DNA of 64,000 nucleotides. It comes from an uncultured delta proteobacterium (GTDB lineage Bacteria > Desulfobacterota > Binatia > UBA9968). Position 1 is the stretch's first letter; every line of letters starts with the position of its first letter. The notes below the pieces were generated by a model. That model did no database searches, was not told the origin of the DNA, and saw only the letters and a list, made by a program, of their open reading frames with translations. Position numbers and translations under genes: made by a program. The stretch covers positions 162,295 through 226,294 of the forward strand of contig CAWJZV010000048.1 of assembly GCA_963847445.1 (NCBI GenBank), given 5' to 3'. Below, in pieces: positions 30,631 through 41,976 of the stretch.

Positions 30631-31699
30631 ATGGCACAGAAAAAAATCGTTCACATCGTCGGCACCGGCACCATCGGCGAGCCGCTGGTCTGCATTCTTT
30701 CCACCTTTAAGGAGCAGTTTGGCATCGACGAAGTGACCTTTCATAAGCGCACGCCGTTGCTGACCGACCGCTCGAAAGTACTGGTGTCCTGCGACAAGGG
30801 CGCCAAACTCGCCGTCGACAAGGAGCGCTGGCAGAAATTTGTCGACATGGGCATGACGCCCACCCTCGAAGCCGAGGAAGCGATCGAGCGCGCCAGCGTC
30901 GTCATCGATTGCACGCCCGGTGGGCAATCAGAATAAGGAAAAACTTTATAACAAGTACGCCAACAACGGCCGCGGCTTTATCGCCCAGGGCAGCGAAGAT
31001 GGCTTCGGCAAGAAATACGCACGCGGCATCAACGACAAGGCCCTGGTCAAAGGCCAGGACCAGTTCATCCAGGTCGTCAGCTGCAATACCCACAACTTGG
31101 CAGTGCTGATCGACACCATCGCGTTGGGACCAGAGAAGGAAGACAACCTGGCCGAGAGCCGCTTCGTGTGCATGCGGCGCGCCAACGATTTAAGCCAAGA
31201 AGGCGATTTCATTCCGGCGCCCGAAGCGGGCAAACATGACGATCCACAGTTCGGCACCCATCAGGGACATGACGCCCACGCGTTATTCAAGACCATGGGA
31301 CTGGATTTGAATATTTTCTCCTCGGCTTTGAAGCTCAACACCCAGTACATGCACACGATTCATTTCAACTTGCGGCTGCGCCGCGCCATCGACATGGACG
31401 AACTAATGCGCCGGTTCCGCTCGACGCGCCGAGTGGCGATGACCAACAAGGCGTCGTCGGCTTCGGTGTTTTCCTTCGGCCGCGATCATGGTCTGTTCGG
31501 CAGGATTCTCAACCAGACGGTGATCGTCGCCCAGAGCCTGGCGATCCATAACGACAAGGAAGTCATCGGCACCTGTTTCACGCCGCAGGATGGCAATTCG
31601 CTCTTGAGCAGCATCGCCGCGTCGTTGTGGTTTCTGTACCCCGACTCCTACGAGGAGAAATTGGCGCCCGTGCGGCCGTATTTTTTCAGCGAGATCTAA
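30631..31699 (+). CDS. Archaeal-type (type II) glyceraldehyde-3-phosphate dehydrogenase-like protein; frameshift near 30920
   Basis: N-terminus IVHIVGTGTIGEP (Rossmann fold). Catalytic-Cys motif VVSCNTHNL. Total length about 355 aa. Confidence 0.6.
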
Positions 31700-31717
31700 G
31701 AGCAAATTAGTTCGGTG

Positions 31718-31757
31718 AAAAGGGATCGAAGGCCGGCGCTTTCGGTCCCTTTTTTAT
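31718..31757. terminator. Bidirectional intrinsic terminator between convergent genes
   Basis: AAAGGGATCGAA-GGCCGGCGCT-TTCGGTCCCTTT forms a 12-bp stem with one mismatch, followed by TTTTTATT. Confidence 0.6.
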
Positions 31758-32219
31758 TGGCTGACATCGGCATTGAAGCCGTCGAACTGCACGCGAGTCG
31801 CCGGCTTTGAAGCCATGCCGCTTCGACAGACCGCCGTTGATTTCAAACACGAACTGACTTTTGCCGTCGACGGACCGCGGGTCGAGGGAAAATGGCGTGG
31901 CTTGCTCGACGATGCCGACGATCTTACGGTCGCGGCCGATGAAGATCATGTCCAACGACCGCGGCGTGTTCTTCATCCAGAAGGACTGCTGCGACTCGCT
32001 GGGAAAGAGAAAGATCATGCCGCGGTCGTCGGCCAGTTCGGTGCGGTACATCAAGCCCATCTCGCGCTTGCCCGGAGTGTCGGCGACTTCCACCTGAAAG
32101 CCGACTTGGCGGCCGTCTTTGGTGGTGATCGTCACTTTGGGTTGGGCATCGCAGGCGGATACTGCGAATACCAAAGAGCCAGACAAAAACGCGTCAAGCG
32201 CACTGCCATAGTTGCGCAT
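31754..32219 (-). CDS. DUF192 domain protein (secreted); probable frameshift near 31800
   Basis: MGLMYRTELADDRGMIFLFP...SFWMKNTPRSLDMIFI. The listed ORF tail is read from the terminator; the alternative end is VQFDGFNADVSQ-stop. Confidence 0.7.
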
Positions 32220-32220
32220 G

Positions 32221-34224
32221 TTACTTGCTCAGGCTGCGGGCGACGATCTCGGCCACATCCAAAACTTCCATGGCGGTCTCCGGCTCTTCCTTCGCAGTCT
32301 CTTCGGTGAGCATGCGCATGCAAAACGGACAGCCGGTGGCAACGGTTTTGGCGCCGGTCTGTTTCAGCTCACGGTAGCGGTTGGTGCTGACCCGCTCTTT
32401 GCCTTTTTCTTCTTCTTTCCAGAACTGGCCGCCGCCGGCGCCGCAGCAAAAACTGTTGCTGCGATTGCGGCTGGGCTCGGTCAACTTGGCACCGGTGGAC
32501 TCGATCAGGCGCGCGGCTGATCGAAGATGCCGTTATGCCGGCCCAGATAGCAGGGGTCGTGATAGGTCACCGAGCCGTTGCCATCGCTGGTGAGCTTCAG
32601 CTTGCCGCGTCTCGACCAGCTCAGTCGATGAAGTCGGTGTGATGCTTGACGACGTAATTGCCGCCAAACTGCGGGATACTCATTGGCAATGGTGTGAAAA
32701 CAATGCGGACATGTAGTGACGATGGTTTTGGCTTTGATCTCGTTCAACACGCCGATATTTTCTTCGGCCATCTGGACGAATAGATATTCGTTGCCGGTGC
32801 GCCGCGCCGTGTCGCCGGTGCATTTCTCGTCCTTGCCGATCACCGCCCAGTCCAGTCCGGCGGCGTTGAAGATCGTCGCCATGCTCTGGGCGATCTTTTG
32901 CGCCCGCGGATCGAAGGCGACGGCACAACCGACCCAGTAGAGCACTTCCGGATCGGGCTTTGTCCGCCAACGTCGGCACCGCAAACGGCAATCCCTTCGT
33001 CCAGGCGAGCCGCTCATCGACCGGCCATGCCGAATGGGTTGCCGGCCCGCTCCATGTGATTGAAAGTATTTTGCAGTCCTTTGGGAAACTCCGCCGCGCC
33101 CAGCACGCGCTCGCGGCGCACGTCGATGATATGCAGCATCTGCTCGTTGCCCACCGGACAGACTTCAATGCAAGCGTTGCAGGTCGTGCAGGCCCAGGCC
33201 GACTCTTCGTTGAGCGCGAAGTCGAGCAGCGGCCGCGGGCTCTCTTGGCCTTGGGAAAAGCTCGGAAAAATCTTGTTGAGCTCGTAGCGCTCGTTGATCA
33301 GCATGGCCGCCGGGCTCAGCGCCTTGCCGGTGTTGGATGCCGGACAGACATCCTGGCAGCGGTTGCACATGATGCAGCTGTAGGAATCCAACAGCCGCGG
33401 CCAGGTGAAGTCCTCTAGTTTTGCCGCGCCGAAGGTTTCTTCTTTCTCGAAGTCCATCGGTTGCAGCACGCCGGGCTTGTCTTTTTTCAAAGCCAAATTG
33501 ATCGGCGCGAGAAATATATGAATATGTTTGGAGCGCGGAAAATAGGGAATGAACAGCAAGATCGAACCGAGGGCGCCCCACCAGAAAAAATGGTTGAGAA
33601 AATTCGAGGACGCCGGGAGCGAAACCAGTGAACAGTCCGGCAAACAGCGAGCCGACCGGTTGAAACGGATCGCTGCCCTGCTGGGCCAGTTGCGTCGCCT
33701 TGAACAGCAGCCTGCAGCCGACGTGAAAGATGATAAAGCACGCGACAAAGGTCGAGTCGCGAAATATGCCGGCGCGCACTTCCGGTTGCACCGGAGTATT
33801 CTCGGCAAATGCGAAATCCTGCGGCTTAACCAGCAGACGGCGAATCACCATGCCGACCATGCCGGTCAGCACACTGGCGGTGAGCAGATCGCCGGCGATA
33901 TTGAAAGGATTCCAGAGACCGCCGCGCGCATGGATACCGAAGAAGCCTTCGAGAACATCGACAAGGTTAACCAGGAAGTAAAAAATAAAACCGTAGAAGA
34001 TCATCGCGTGGAGCAACGACACCACCGGCCGTTTCTTGAACACGCTTTGTTGGGTCAAGACAATCCACAGGGCACGGCGAATGCGGTCGGCGAGATTGTC
34101 GAAGCGCGCATCCGGCTTGCCCCGGGCGATCGCCCGGTAAACGTCGTAAAGTCTTGCTGCCGCCGTAGTAGAGCGAGCCGGCGGCGAGCAGAACAAACGA
34201 AATCTTTTCAAGTGTCGTCAACAT
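32221..34224 (-). CDS. Membrane-anchored (Fe-S)-binding oxidoreductase, HdrD/DsrK/GlpC-like (2x[4Fe-4S] plus CCG domains); about 6 frameshifts
   Basis: N-terminal TM domain. CIMCNRCQDVCP and CTTCNACIEVCP. CCG-type motifs CPHCFHT, DPCYLGRH, FCCGAGGG, GCPFCMRM. The pieces are tiled by ORFs 33165..34211, 33014..33808, 32505..33017 and 32221..32484. Confidence 0.7.
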
Positions 34225-34575
34225 CGCGGTGCAGACCGCCCTCCGTTTCAATCCTTACTTAACGTTGACAGAACGACTTTGTCAAAATATCGGCGAGAAA
34301 TTATCACTAGCGCGGCAAATCCCCCGCCACCCCACCACATTTCAAGCGACCGAAACCGGCTGTGCTACAGCGCTGAGCCTATTGCAATCACCACAAAGGA
34401 TAGGAAGACAAAAGTCGGGGCATAAAATCTTATCCCGACGAAACCTTCGTGTCCTAACTGGTAAGCTGTCCTTTGCGAATTGCGTTCTTTGCACGGCAAT
34501 AGCTCAAAGATTGCTGGCTTGCGCAAATTTTCCGCAGCGGCATCGTAGGCTGCGTGCTCAATGGAGAATCCGATC

Positions 34576-34655
34576 TCACCACGAAGGACACGAAGAGCAC
34601 GAAGTTCGGAGTACTAATTTTCCGAACATCGTGTCCTTCGTGAGCTTCGTGGCGA
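34576..34655. repeat. Hairpin repeat, CACGAAG family (second copy)
   Basis: TCACCACGAAGGACACGAAGAGCACGAAGTTCGGA ... TCCGAACATCGTGTCCTTCGTGAGCTTCGTGGCGA. Confidence 0.85.
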
Positions 34656-34741
34656 AAACTCTTTGCATTTGGTTGCGGCTCTGCCGCGCTATGATCTTCG
34701 TGGTCAACCCTATCCCTAGTTGCACGGTCGCTCAGCGACAA

Positions 34742-35524
34742 TTACGCGGCAAAGCCCAAACGGCGCGACAGTTCATCGCCGGCCCGCAGCAAGCTCGGCG
34801 TGATATCCTTGTCGATCGCGTCATCGATCAGCCGCTGACTCGGGCCCACCACGGCCAGCGTGCCGACCAACGTGCGCGTATAGTCGCGGATCGGCACCGC
34901 CACCGAGTTCACCTCTTCGGTAAACTCGCCTTTTTCGACGGCGTAGCCCGGTCGAGACGATTTGACCGATATGCTCGTCCAAAGCGCTGCGCTCGACGAT
35001 CGTCTTGTCGGTGAAACGTTCGAGCCGTTCGGCGAGGGTCTGACGCAGCGCGCCGTCGGCTTCGAATGCCAAGTGAATCTTTCCCGCCGCCGTGCAATGG
35101 GCCGGCAACGCCGTGCCCAGGAACGACACCACCCGCACGGCGCGTTGCGGCTCGACAAAATCCAGCGGCATGATGACACCGCCCTTGCGGATGCCGACAT
35201 AAACGCTTTCTCTGGTCGATTTCGCCAAGCGATTCAAGGATCGTCCGGGATTGCATCAGCAAACCCATCTGGTGAATGTAGGTCTGGCCGATTTGCAGAC
35301 ACTTCGAGTCCAAGCCGGTAGTTTTCCGAGGATTTGTTCTGTTCGATATAGCCGCGCGCTTCGAGGGTCGCCAGCAGGCGAAACACGTTGTTCTTGTGCA
35401 GCTTCAAACGCTTACTGAGTTCGGTGACGCCGATCTCGTCGACGTTGCCGCTGAACTGTTCCAAGACATCGAGCGCATGGGACACCGATTGAATGACGTA
35501 ATTAGCTTTCTCGCGCCGAACCAT
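34742..35524 (-). CDS. IclR-family transcriptional regulator; about 4 frameshifts
   Basis: N-terminal wHTH SVSHALDVLEQF...VTELSKRLKLHKNNVFRLLATLEARGYIEQ. C-terminus EEVNSVAVPIRDYTRTLVGTLAVVGPSQRL. Confidence 0.75.
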
Positions 35525-35914
35525 GTTGCCTCCATGAACCGATTAAGACCGCCCGCCGGCTAGCATCGAGAGCAGTTAACAAATCCAGCCAGAAATGGCG
35601 TTTTAAGCTAACCCAAGGAGCTTGTCAAACCATGGAAAATCGCGGTCGAGCAGCCGCACCACGGTCCATTGCTTGGCCATTAGCCGACGAGTGCCAAGGA
35701 CCGATAATCAACCAGTGTCGCAAATTGGCACCAACGCAGCCGGACAATGCGGCGATGGCGCGGCTCGATCTCCGCAGCAGTGAAAAAATTTCTACGCTTG
35801 CCGCATCGACACAAAATGCCGGGTCAAGCGAATAGACGTCCAGGCAACCGGCCGACGATACTCTATCAGCAGCAGCCTGCAGCGCCCTTGACGCGTCAAC
35901 ATCAATGCGGCACT

Positions 35915-36062
35915 ATGCCGGTCATGACGCGCATTGCGAATAATGTTTGGCCTGGCTGGCGGCGCTGGTGTTGGAACCAGCCAGCACCATGGCTGAATGC
36001 GTCTGTCGATCGAACTGACAAAAGGGCCATAGGTGAATCACTTATGGCCCTTTTAATTTATT
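35915..36062 (+). promoter_or_regulatory. Putative Trp-codon transcription attenuator (leader peptide plus alternative hairpins plus terminator) upstream of trpE
   Basis: Five in-frame TGG codons at 35948, 35957, 35966, 35972 and 35990 (NNVWPGWRRWCWNQPAPW). Helix 1:2 is CTGGCTGG (35952-59) with CCAGCCAG (35977-84). Helix 2:3 is CACCATGGC (35985-93) with GCCAT-A-GGTG (36026-35). Terminator is AAGGGCCATA (36022-31) with TATGGCCCTT (36043-52), followed by TTAATTTATT. Confidence 0.6.
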
Positions 36063-36067
36063 GCGCA

Positions 36068-37558
36068 ATGATCCAACCAAGCTTCAAAGAATTCTGCCGG
36101 CTCGCCAAGCAGGGCAACTTAGTGCCGATCTATCAAGAACTCTTGATGGACCTGGAAACCCCGCTGTCGTTTTTCAAGCGTCTCGAGCGCGACCGTTATG
36201 CGTTCATTTTAGAAAGCGTCGAAGGCAGCGAGCGCTGGGCGCGCTATTCGTTTCTCGGCACCCGGCCGCAGCGGATCTTCAAAGCGCGCGGCAACCAAGT
36301 CGAAATCATCGACAACGGCAAGGTCAGAAAATGGCAAACCGACGCGCCGCTAAAAGCGCTGGAAGAACTGCTGAAGGATTACCGGCCAGTGCCGGTGCCC
36401 GGCGTTCCGCCTTTTTTCGGCGGCGCCCTGGGCTACGTCGCCTACGATGCCGTCGAGCAATTTCACGGCATCGTCAACGACAAGAAAGATCCCCTCGGCA
36501 TGCCCGAGATTTTCTTCTTGTTCGTGCAAACCCTGGTCGCCTTCGACAATCTCAAACACACCATCAAAGTGATCGACAACGTCCAGATCGAACCCGGCAC
36601 GAATTTGCGCCGCGCCTACGATGGCGCGGTTAAGCGAATTCACAAAGTCATCTCGACGCTACAGAAAAAACCGCGCGGCATCGAACCGCGCGACTTGAGC
36701 CCGGCCAGCGGCAAGCGCAAATTCCGCTCCAATTTGAGCCCCAAAGCATTTCACCAGGCGGTCAACCGGGCCAAGGAATATATCAAAGCCGGCGACATCA
36801 TTCAGACCGTGCTGTGCCAAAGACTGGAAACCGAAACCGACAGCGATCCGTTCGAAATCTATCGCGCCCTGAGATTCGTCAATCCGTCGCCCTACATGTA
36901 TTACCTGGAGTTGGAGGACCTGCGGGTCATCGGCTCGTCGCCGGAAACCATGGTGCGCCTCACCGGCGATACCATCGAGCTGCGCCCCATCGCCGGCACC
37001 CGCCGGCGCGGCGCCACGCCGGAAGAAGAACGCGAGCTCGAAGCCGAACTGCTGGCGGACCCGAAAGAACGCGCCGAGCATATCATGCTGGTCGACCTCG
37101 GCCGCAACGATGTCGGCCGGGTCGCCGCCATCGGCAGCGTCGAAGTCAACGAGCTGATGGCCATCGAACGCTATTCCCATGTCATCCATATCGTCTCCAA
37201 CGTGCGCGGCAAGCTGGCCGCAGGACAAAACCCCCTTCGATCTGTTCGTCTCGGCCTTTCCCGCCGGCACCGTCTCCGGGCGCGCCGAAGATCCGCGCCA
37301 TGCAGATCATCGCCGAGCTGGAACCGCAAAAGCGCAGTCTCTACGCCGGCGCCATCGGCTACTTCGGCTACAACGGCAACTTGGACACCTGCATCGTCAT
37401 CCGCACCATCGTCATGAAAGGCAAGAAAGTTATTTATCAACGCCGGCGCCGGCATCGTCGCCGACTCCGATCCGGAGCTGGAGTACCAGGAGACCTTGAA
37501 CAAAGCCCGCGCCATGCTGCGCGCCGTGGAGCTCGCCGAGCAGTGGAGGAAGCGATGA
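36068..37558 (+). CDS. trpE: Anthranilate synthase component I; 3 frame changes between about 37215 and 37430
   Basis: [22 protein letters not shown]..., [29 protein letters not shown], then FPAGTVSG / [15 protein letters not shown]...YAGAIGYF / [19 protein letters not shown] in shifting frames. The stop overlaps the trpG ATG (ATGA). Confidence 0.9.
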
Positions 37559-38123
37559 TCCTGCTCATCGATAATTACGATTCCTTCACCTACAACCTGT
37601 ACCATTATCTGGGCGAGCTCGGCGCCGAGGTGCGGGTCGTCTACAACGACAAAATCAGCCTCGACGAGATCGCCGCGCTGCGGCCTGAGAAGATCGTCAT
37701 CTCGCCGGGCCCATGCACGCCGAAGGAAGCCGGCATTTCCTGCGATGTCGATCAAGCGCTTCGGCGCGCAGACGCCGATTCTCGGCGTCTGCCTCGGCCA
37801 TCAATCCATCGGCGCCGCCTACGGCGGCAGGATCGTCCGCGCGCCGTCGATCATGCATGGCAAGCTATCCGATGTCAGCCACGACGCCAAAACGATTTTC
37901 CGCGGCTTGAAAAACCCCTTCGCCGCCATGCGCTATCATTCGCTGGTGATCGATCCAAAGAGTTTACCGGCGGAACTGATCGTCAGCGCCCGCACCGACG
38001 ACGGCGTGATCATGGCCGTGCGCCATCAGGAATTTCCCGGTCGAAGGCGTGCAGTTTCATCCGGAATCGATCCTCGCCGAAGAAGGCAAAAAGCTGCTGA
38101 AAAATTTTCTCGATAACTACTAA
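37555..38123 (+). CDS. trpG: Anthranilate synthase component II (glutamine amidotransferase); frameshifts near 37745 and near 38040
   Basis: [35 protein letters not shown] (catalytic Cys), [11 protein letters not shown]. Confidence 0.9.
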
Positions 38124-38126
38124 AAG

Positions 38127-38550
38127 ATGAAGCTGCTGTGCTTCCAAGCCAAACGCTTTCGCTGGAAGACCCATTCAAAAACGCTTGCCCGATGTCGCCG
38201 ACCAAGACATCGACCAGGAAGTCTGTGAAACGGTCGTGGTGTTTCTCCACGCCGAAGCCGCCGACGGCGACGCCGAGAGAACGCGCCATCGGTGCTGCGC
38301 CAGAGCTTGAAGCATATCAAATGGCTCGCCAACAAACGCGAGTTGAAAAATATCGTGCTCCATTCCTTCACCCATCTTGGCGGCGCCACCGCTTCGCCCG
38401 CGTTGGCCGAATCTTTCATTGACCACGTTGCAGCAACGCTTGAGCGAGACCGGCTATCAAGTCTGGACCACGCCCTTCGGTTATTTTTGCGAGTGGGACT
38501 TGAGCGTCTACGGCGAGAGCCTCGCCAAGGTTTGGAAAGAGATTCACTGA
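38127..38550 (+). CDS. Free-standing archaeal-type threonyl-tRNA synthetase editing domain (tRNA-Thr_ED, DTD-like fold); about 2 frameshifts
   Basis: Reconstructed as MKLLCFQAKRFRWKTHSKT..CETVVVFLHAEAADGD..LKHIKWLANKRELKNIVLHSFTHLGGATASPALAESFIDHVAATLERTGYQVWTTPFGYFCEWDLSVYGESLAKVWKEIH. As I recall it, this aligns residue-block by residue-block with the N-terminal editing domain of archaeal ThrRS. Confidence 0.7.
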
Positions 38551-38645
38551 AACCCGGCATGCTCAACTAACTCGCGAAATTTCGACCCAAGTTTGCCGAC
38601 CGTGCTATAATCTCCGACAGGAGATACAGATTTGGGAGGAATTCC

Positions 38646-39202
38646 ATGAAACTTTGACGGCAGAAAGATGAATTGCTGGAGCGATCGCATTGGCGATCCT
38701 CTTACTCGTCACCGGCCTGCAAAAAGGCCGAGGAAGCCGCGAGCCCCGACGATCTGCCCGACCTAAACAAACAAATCCGCCCCTACGTCACCATCGAAAA
38801 CACCAAGTTGCGCAGCGGACCCGGTCCGCAGTTTCGCGGTATCGCCGACATTCCGGCCAACGCCAAGATCCATGTCGTTGGCCGCGACGGCGATTGGGCA
38901 TTGATCGTCTCGAAGAAAGGCAATGCTCCGGGATTCATCGAACTGGCGGCGATCAAGCCCGGCGAAGGCGAAGCTGAAAAAGAAGCCGGAATTCGGCGAA
39001 GCAGCGCCGGGTCGAAGGTAGATACGAAGCAGTGGCCGATACCCAGGTGCGCAGCGGTCCCGGACTGCATTATCCGTCGCTTGCCGATATCGCCAAAGGC
39101 ACCAAGCTCAACGTCGTCGATGAAGAAAAAGGCTGGTTGAAAGTCGAATCCAGACGCGGCAACAAACCCGGCTACGTCGAGGCGAGTTTGGCTAAGCCGT
39201 AA
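38646..39202 (+). CDS. Lipoprotein with two bacterial SH3 domains; several frameshifts
   Basis: GGGAGGA RBS before ATG 38646. Signal and lipobox AIALAILLLVTG-C after a frame change. Two TKLRSGPG...GWL/GDWALI...GYV/GFI SH3b-like repeats. Confidence 0.55.
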
Positions 39203-39234
39203 ACGAATAGTCGACGCCGAATCGCTCGTCGACA

Positions 39235-40207
39235 CTAGATCTTCAACAACCTGCGCCGCCGTGCCGCCGAGCATATCTTCCCGGTTCTTCTCGCTGAGCG
39301 GCAATCTGGCGCACCGCTTCGACATAGTTGCGCAGCTCGCTCATCCCCTTTCCCGTGTCGGTGTTCACGCCGGTGAAGTCCTGCGGATAGTCGCTGGCGA
39401 AAACTAAACGCTCGGGGCGGATGCCTTCGAGGGCGCAGTTGAGCGCGGTGGTGCCGCCTTCGAAGCCGGCCATGTCGAAATAGACCATGTCGTAATATTC
39501 GCCGAAGGGCTTCTTGAGCGTGCCGAAGCGGTAACCTTTGCCGACCAGCCGGTCCTTCACCGCGGCGATGCCGCCACCGAAATGGGCCATGACGATTTTC
39601 AAGTCGGGATAACGGTCGTAAATGCCGCCGGCAATCAAGCGCGTCGTCGCCACGGTCAAGTCGACTTCGCGGCCCAGTACGCGCGGCAGATCGTAATCCT
39701 TCAAATGCTCGTAGCCGGTGGGCACCAAGGCCGGATGGACAAACACCGGCAGCGTCGAGCTCGCAGGCCAATTCATACAAGTCGTAAAGCTTCGGCGAGT
39801 CGAGGGAGAGGCCGCCAACCTGCGAGGTGATCGTCATGCCGCGCAGCCCCAAGTCGGCGAGCGCCCGGCGCAGTTCGGCGATGGCGGATTTCCCCTCCAG
39901 CACTGGCGCCTGGGCCAAGCCGACAAAGTGGCGTGGATATTTTTTCTCGATCGCCGCCAGATCGTCGTTGATGAAGCGGCATTCATCGAGCGGCGCCGAC
40001 CAGCCGAGCAGACAAGACAAGACCGAAACATCCACGCCCGCCTCGTCCATGTCTTGGAGCTGCAATTCCAAGTCGTAAAGCCGCTGGTGCATGGTCGTCG
40101 CCGGCAGTCCGCCTTCCTGCAGCAAAGTTCTGCCCGTGTCCGAATAGAGTCCGCGCTTTTTCGCCAACTGCGACTGGAATATAGTGATGTTGAAAATCGA
40201 CAACCAT
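39235..40207 (-). CDS. Amidohydrolase-2 family protein (ACMSD-like decarboxylase/hydratase); about 3 frameshifts
   Basis: MVVDFQHHYIP, VFVHP, IVMAHFGGG, VFASDYP, C-terminus LLKI-stop. Confidence 0.75.
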
Positions 40208-40286
40208 GTCGGCTTCCTTTCGTTCGCTCAAGTGATTTCGGCGCGCTACCGCGTGATCGAGCGACGCAATGCCATGACTATGGCTA

Positions 40287-41658
40287 CTAGCCCAATCGGC
40301 ACCAACCAGGCAAATGCAAATTGCTGCGCGCCGGCAAACACCGCTTGAGATTACCAGATCTCGTCCACCGCCGGACATCCTCCATCAGCGCCACCGCTAT
40401 GGTTGTGCCGACGGTCCCGGCGGCGGTGCCGAAGGAGCTCAACATCGCCGCCAAAACGCCGTAGTCCTCCTTGGCGACCGAAGCGAAGGCGAGCTTCTGA
40501 TTGGCCGGGGTAAAAAATCCGATGCCGGCGCCGAGCAAAGCCAAGACCGCGCCGACCAGACGCAAAATCGGCATCGACACCCAAGCAGGCGTAGCTGGCG
40601 ATGCCGGCAACGATCAAACCGATCCCGACCGCCGCCACCGACGAGGCATCGAAGCGATCGGCCAGGCGGCCGCTCAGCGGCGCCGCCAACGCCGTTGACA
40701 GCGGTAGGATCGCCAGCAGGAATCCAGCGGCTACGGCGCTGGCGCCAAGCACGTTTTGCAAATAGAGCGGCGCCGCCAAGGCGATCGGATTGTGGAGCAT
40801 ATGACTGAGGATCAGCGCGACGATAGCGGCGGACAGCATTTTATTGCGAAAAATCGCCACATCGACCAACGGCTTCGCGGTGCGCAGTTCGATGCCAGAC
40901 GAAACCTACCAGCCAACCGTGGCGACGGCAAAGCACACGATCACCGGCAACGAACTCCAACCGAGGCGGGCGCCAAAACTCAAGCCGATTAACAGCGACG
41001 GATAACCAAGCAGTAAGGCCAACGAGCCCCAGACGTCGAATTTCTCGGGCCGCTGTGCACCGGCGCCACGAAAGATTTTCACCACCGCCAATGTCACCGC
41101 CAAGCCGACGACAAAATTCATCCAGAAGATCCAGGTCCAGCCGCCCATTTGTAAGAGCAAACCGCCGACGGTCGGCCCAGACATGCGCCCGATGGCGATA
41201 GCCGAGGCGAAGGTGCCCAGCACCTGGCCGCGCCGCGCGGCGGCGAAACTGCCGGCCAACAACGCCGTCGACATCGGCAGCGCCATCGCCAGCCCAACCG
41301 CCATCACCGCGCGCGCGATCAGCAGCTGCGGAAACGATAGCGCCAGCGCGCCCAAGCCGGCGCCGGCGGCGTAAAGCGCCACGCCAATCTTGTAGAGCCG
41401 GCGCTGGCCGAGAATACCGCCGGCACGGCCGAAACAGAACGACAAGCTGGAGATCGTCACCACGCCCATCAGCGTGACCCACTGGATCTCCGACAAACTA
41501 TTGCCAAATTGTTTCTGAATCGCCGGTAGGGCGACGCTGATGCTGCCGAAACTGTTGAAGAATAGAAACGCCGCCAGACAGGTCACCGTGAGGATCGCCC
41601 GCTCTTCGGCGATGGATAGATGCTTTGGCGGCGTGGCGGTTTGACTTTGCGCGATCAT
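40287..41658 (-). CDS. MFS transporter (drug:H+ antiporter-like); 2-3 frameshifts
   Basis: The N-terminal 250 aa are intact (ORF 40906..41658) with GRAGGILGQRRLY-type MFS loop motifs. The C-terminal TM helices continue in two other frames. Confidence 0.7.
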
Positions 41659-41976
41659 GGAAGAAGGTCTTGGGGTAATTTTTCTTAGCCCAACTCAAGT
41701 CAGAGCGCCAGCGAACTGCCAAACCATGCGAGATTTTTTCCTGGGAACCAGCGCTCCTGCCGCTGGCAACGCAAACATGGCTAAACAGTTTTCGTAGCGA
41801 TTCACCAATTTGTGCAGCCCTGCTCAACCGGAATACCCGGAAAACTGTCCGGCAAAGTATCTAATGATCGCTAGAAATCCCTTGCTTGTCTCTATGTAGC
41901 TAGCCTTGCGTCAAGTGGCATGGGTTTAGCGTTATTGAGTCATCAAACTCAGCCTCAAACTCGACGGGAGATCACT

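Noticed and set aside
35747-35914. Far-upstream part of ORF 35747..37417 as a long N-terminal extension of TrpE.
   Set aside because: It has no TrpE homology. The region contains a promoter-like element, and TrpE homology starts exactly at MIQPSF (36068). Only the Trp-rich segment is retained, as a leader.
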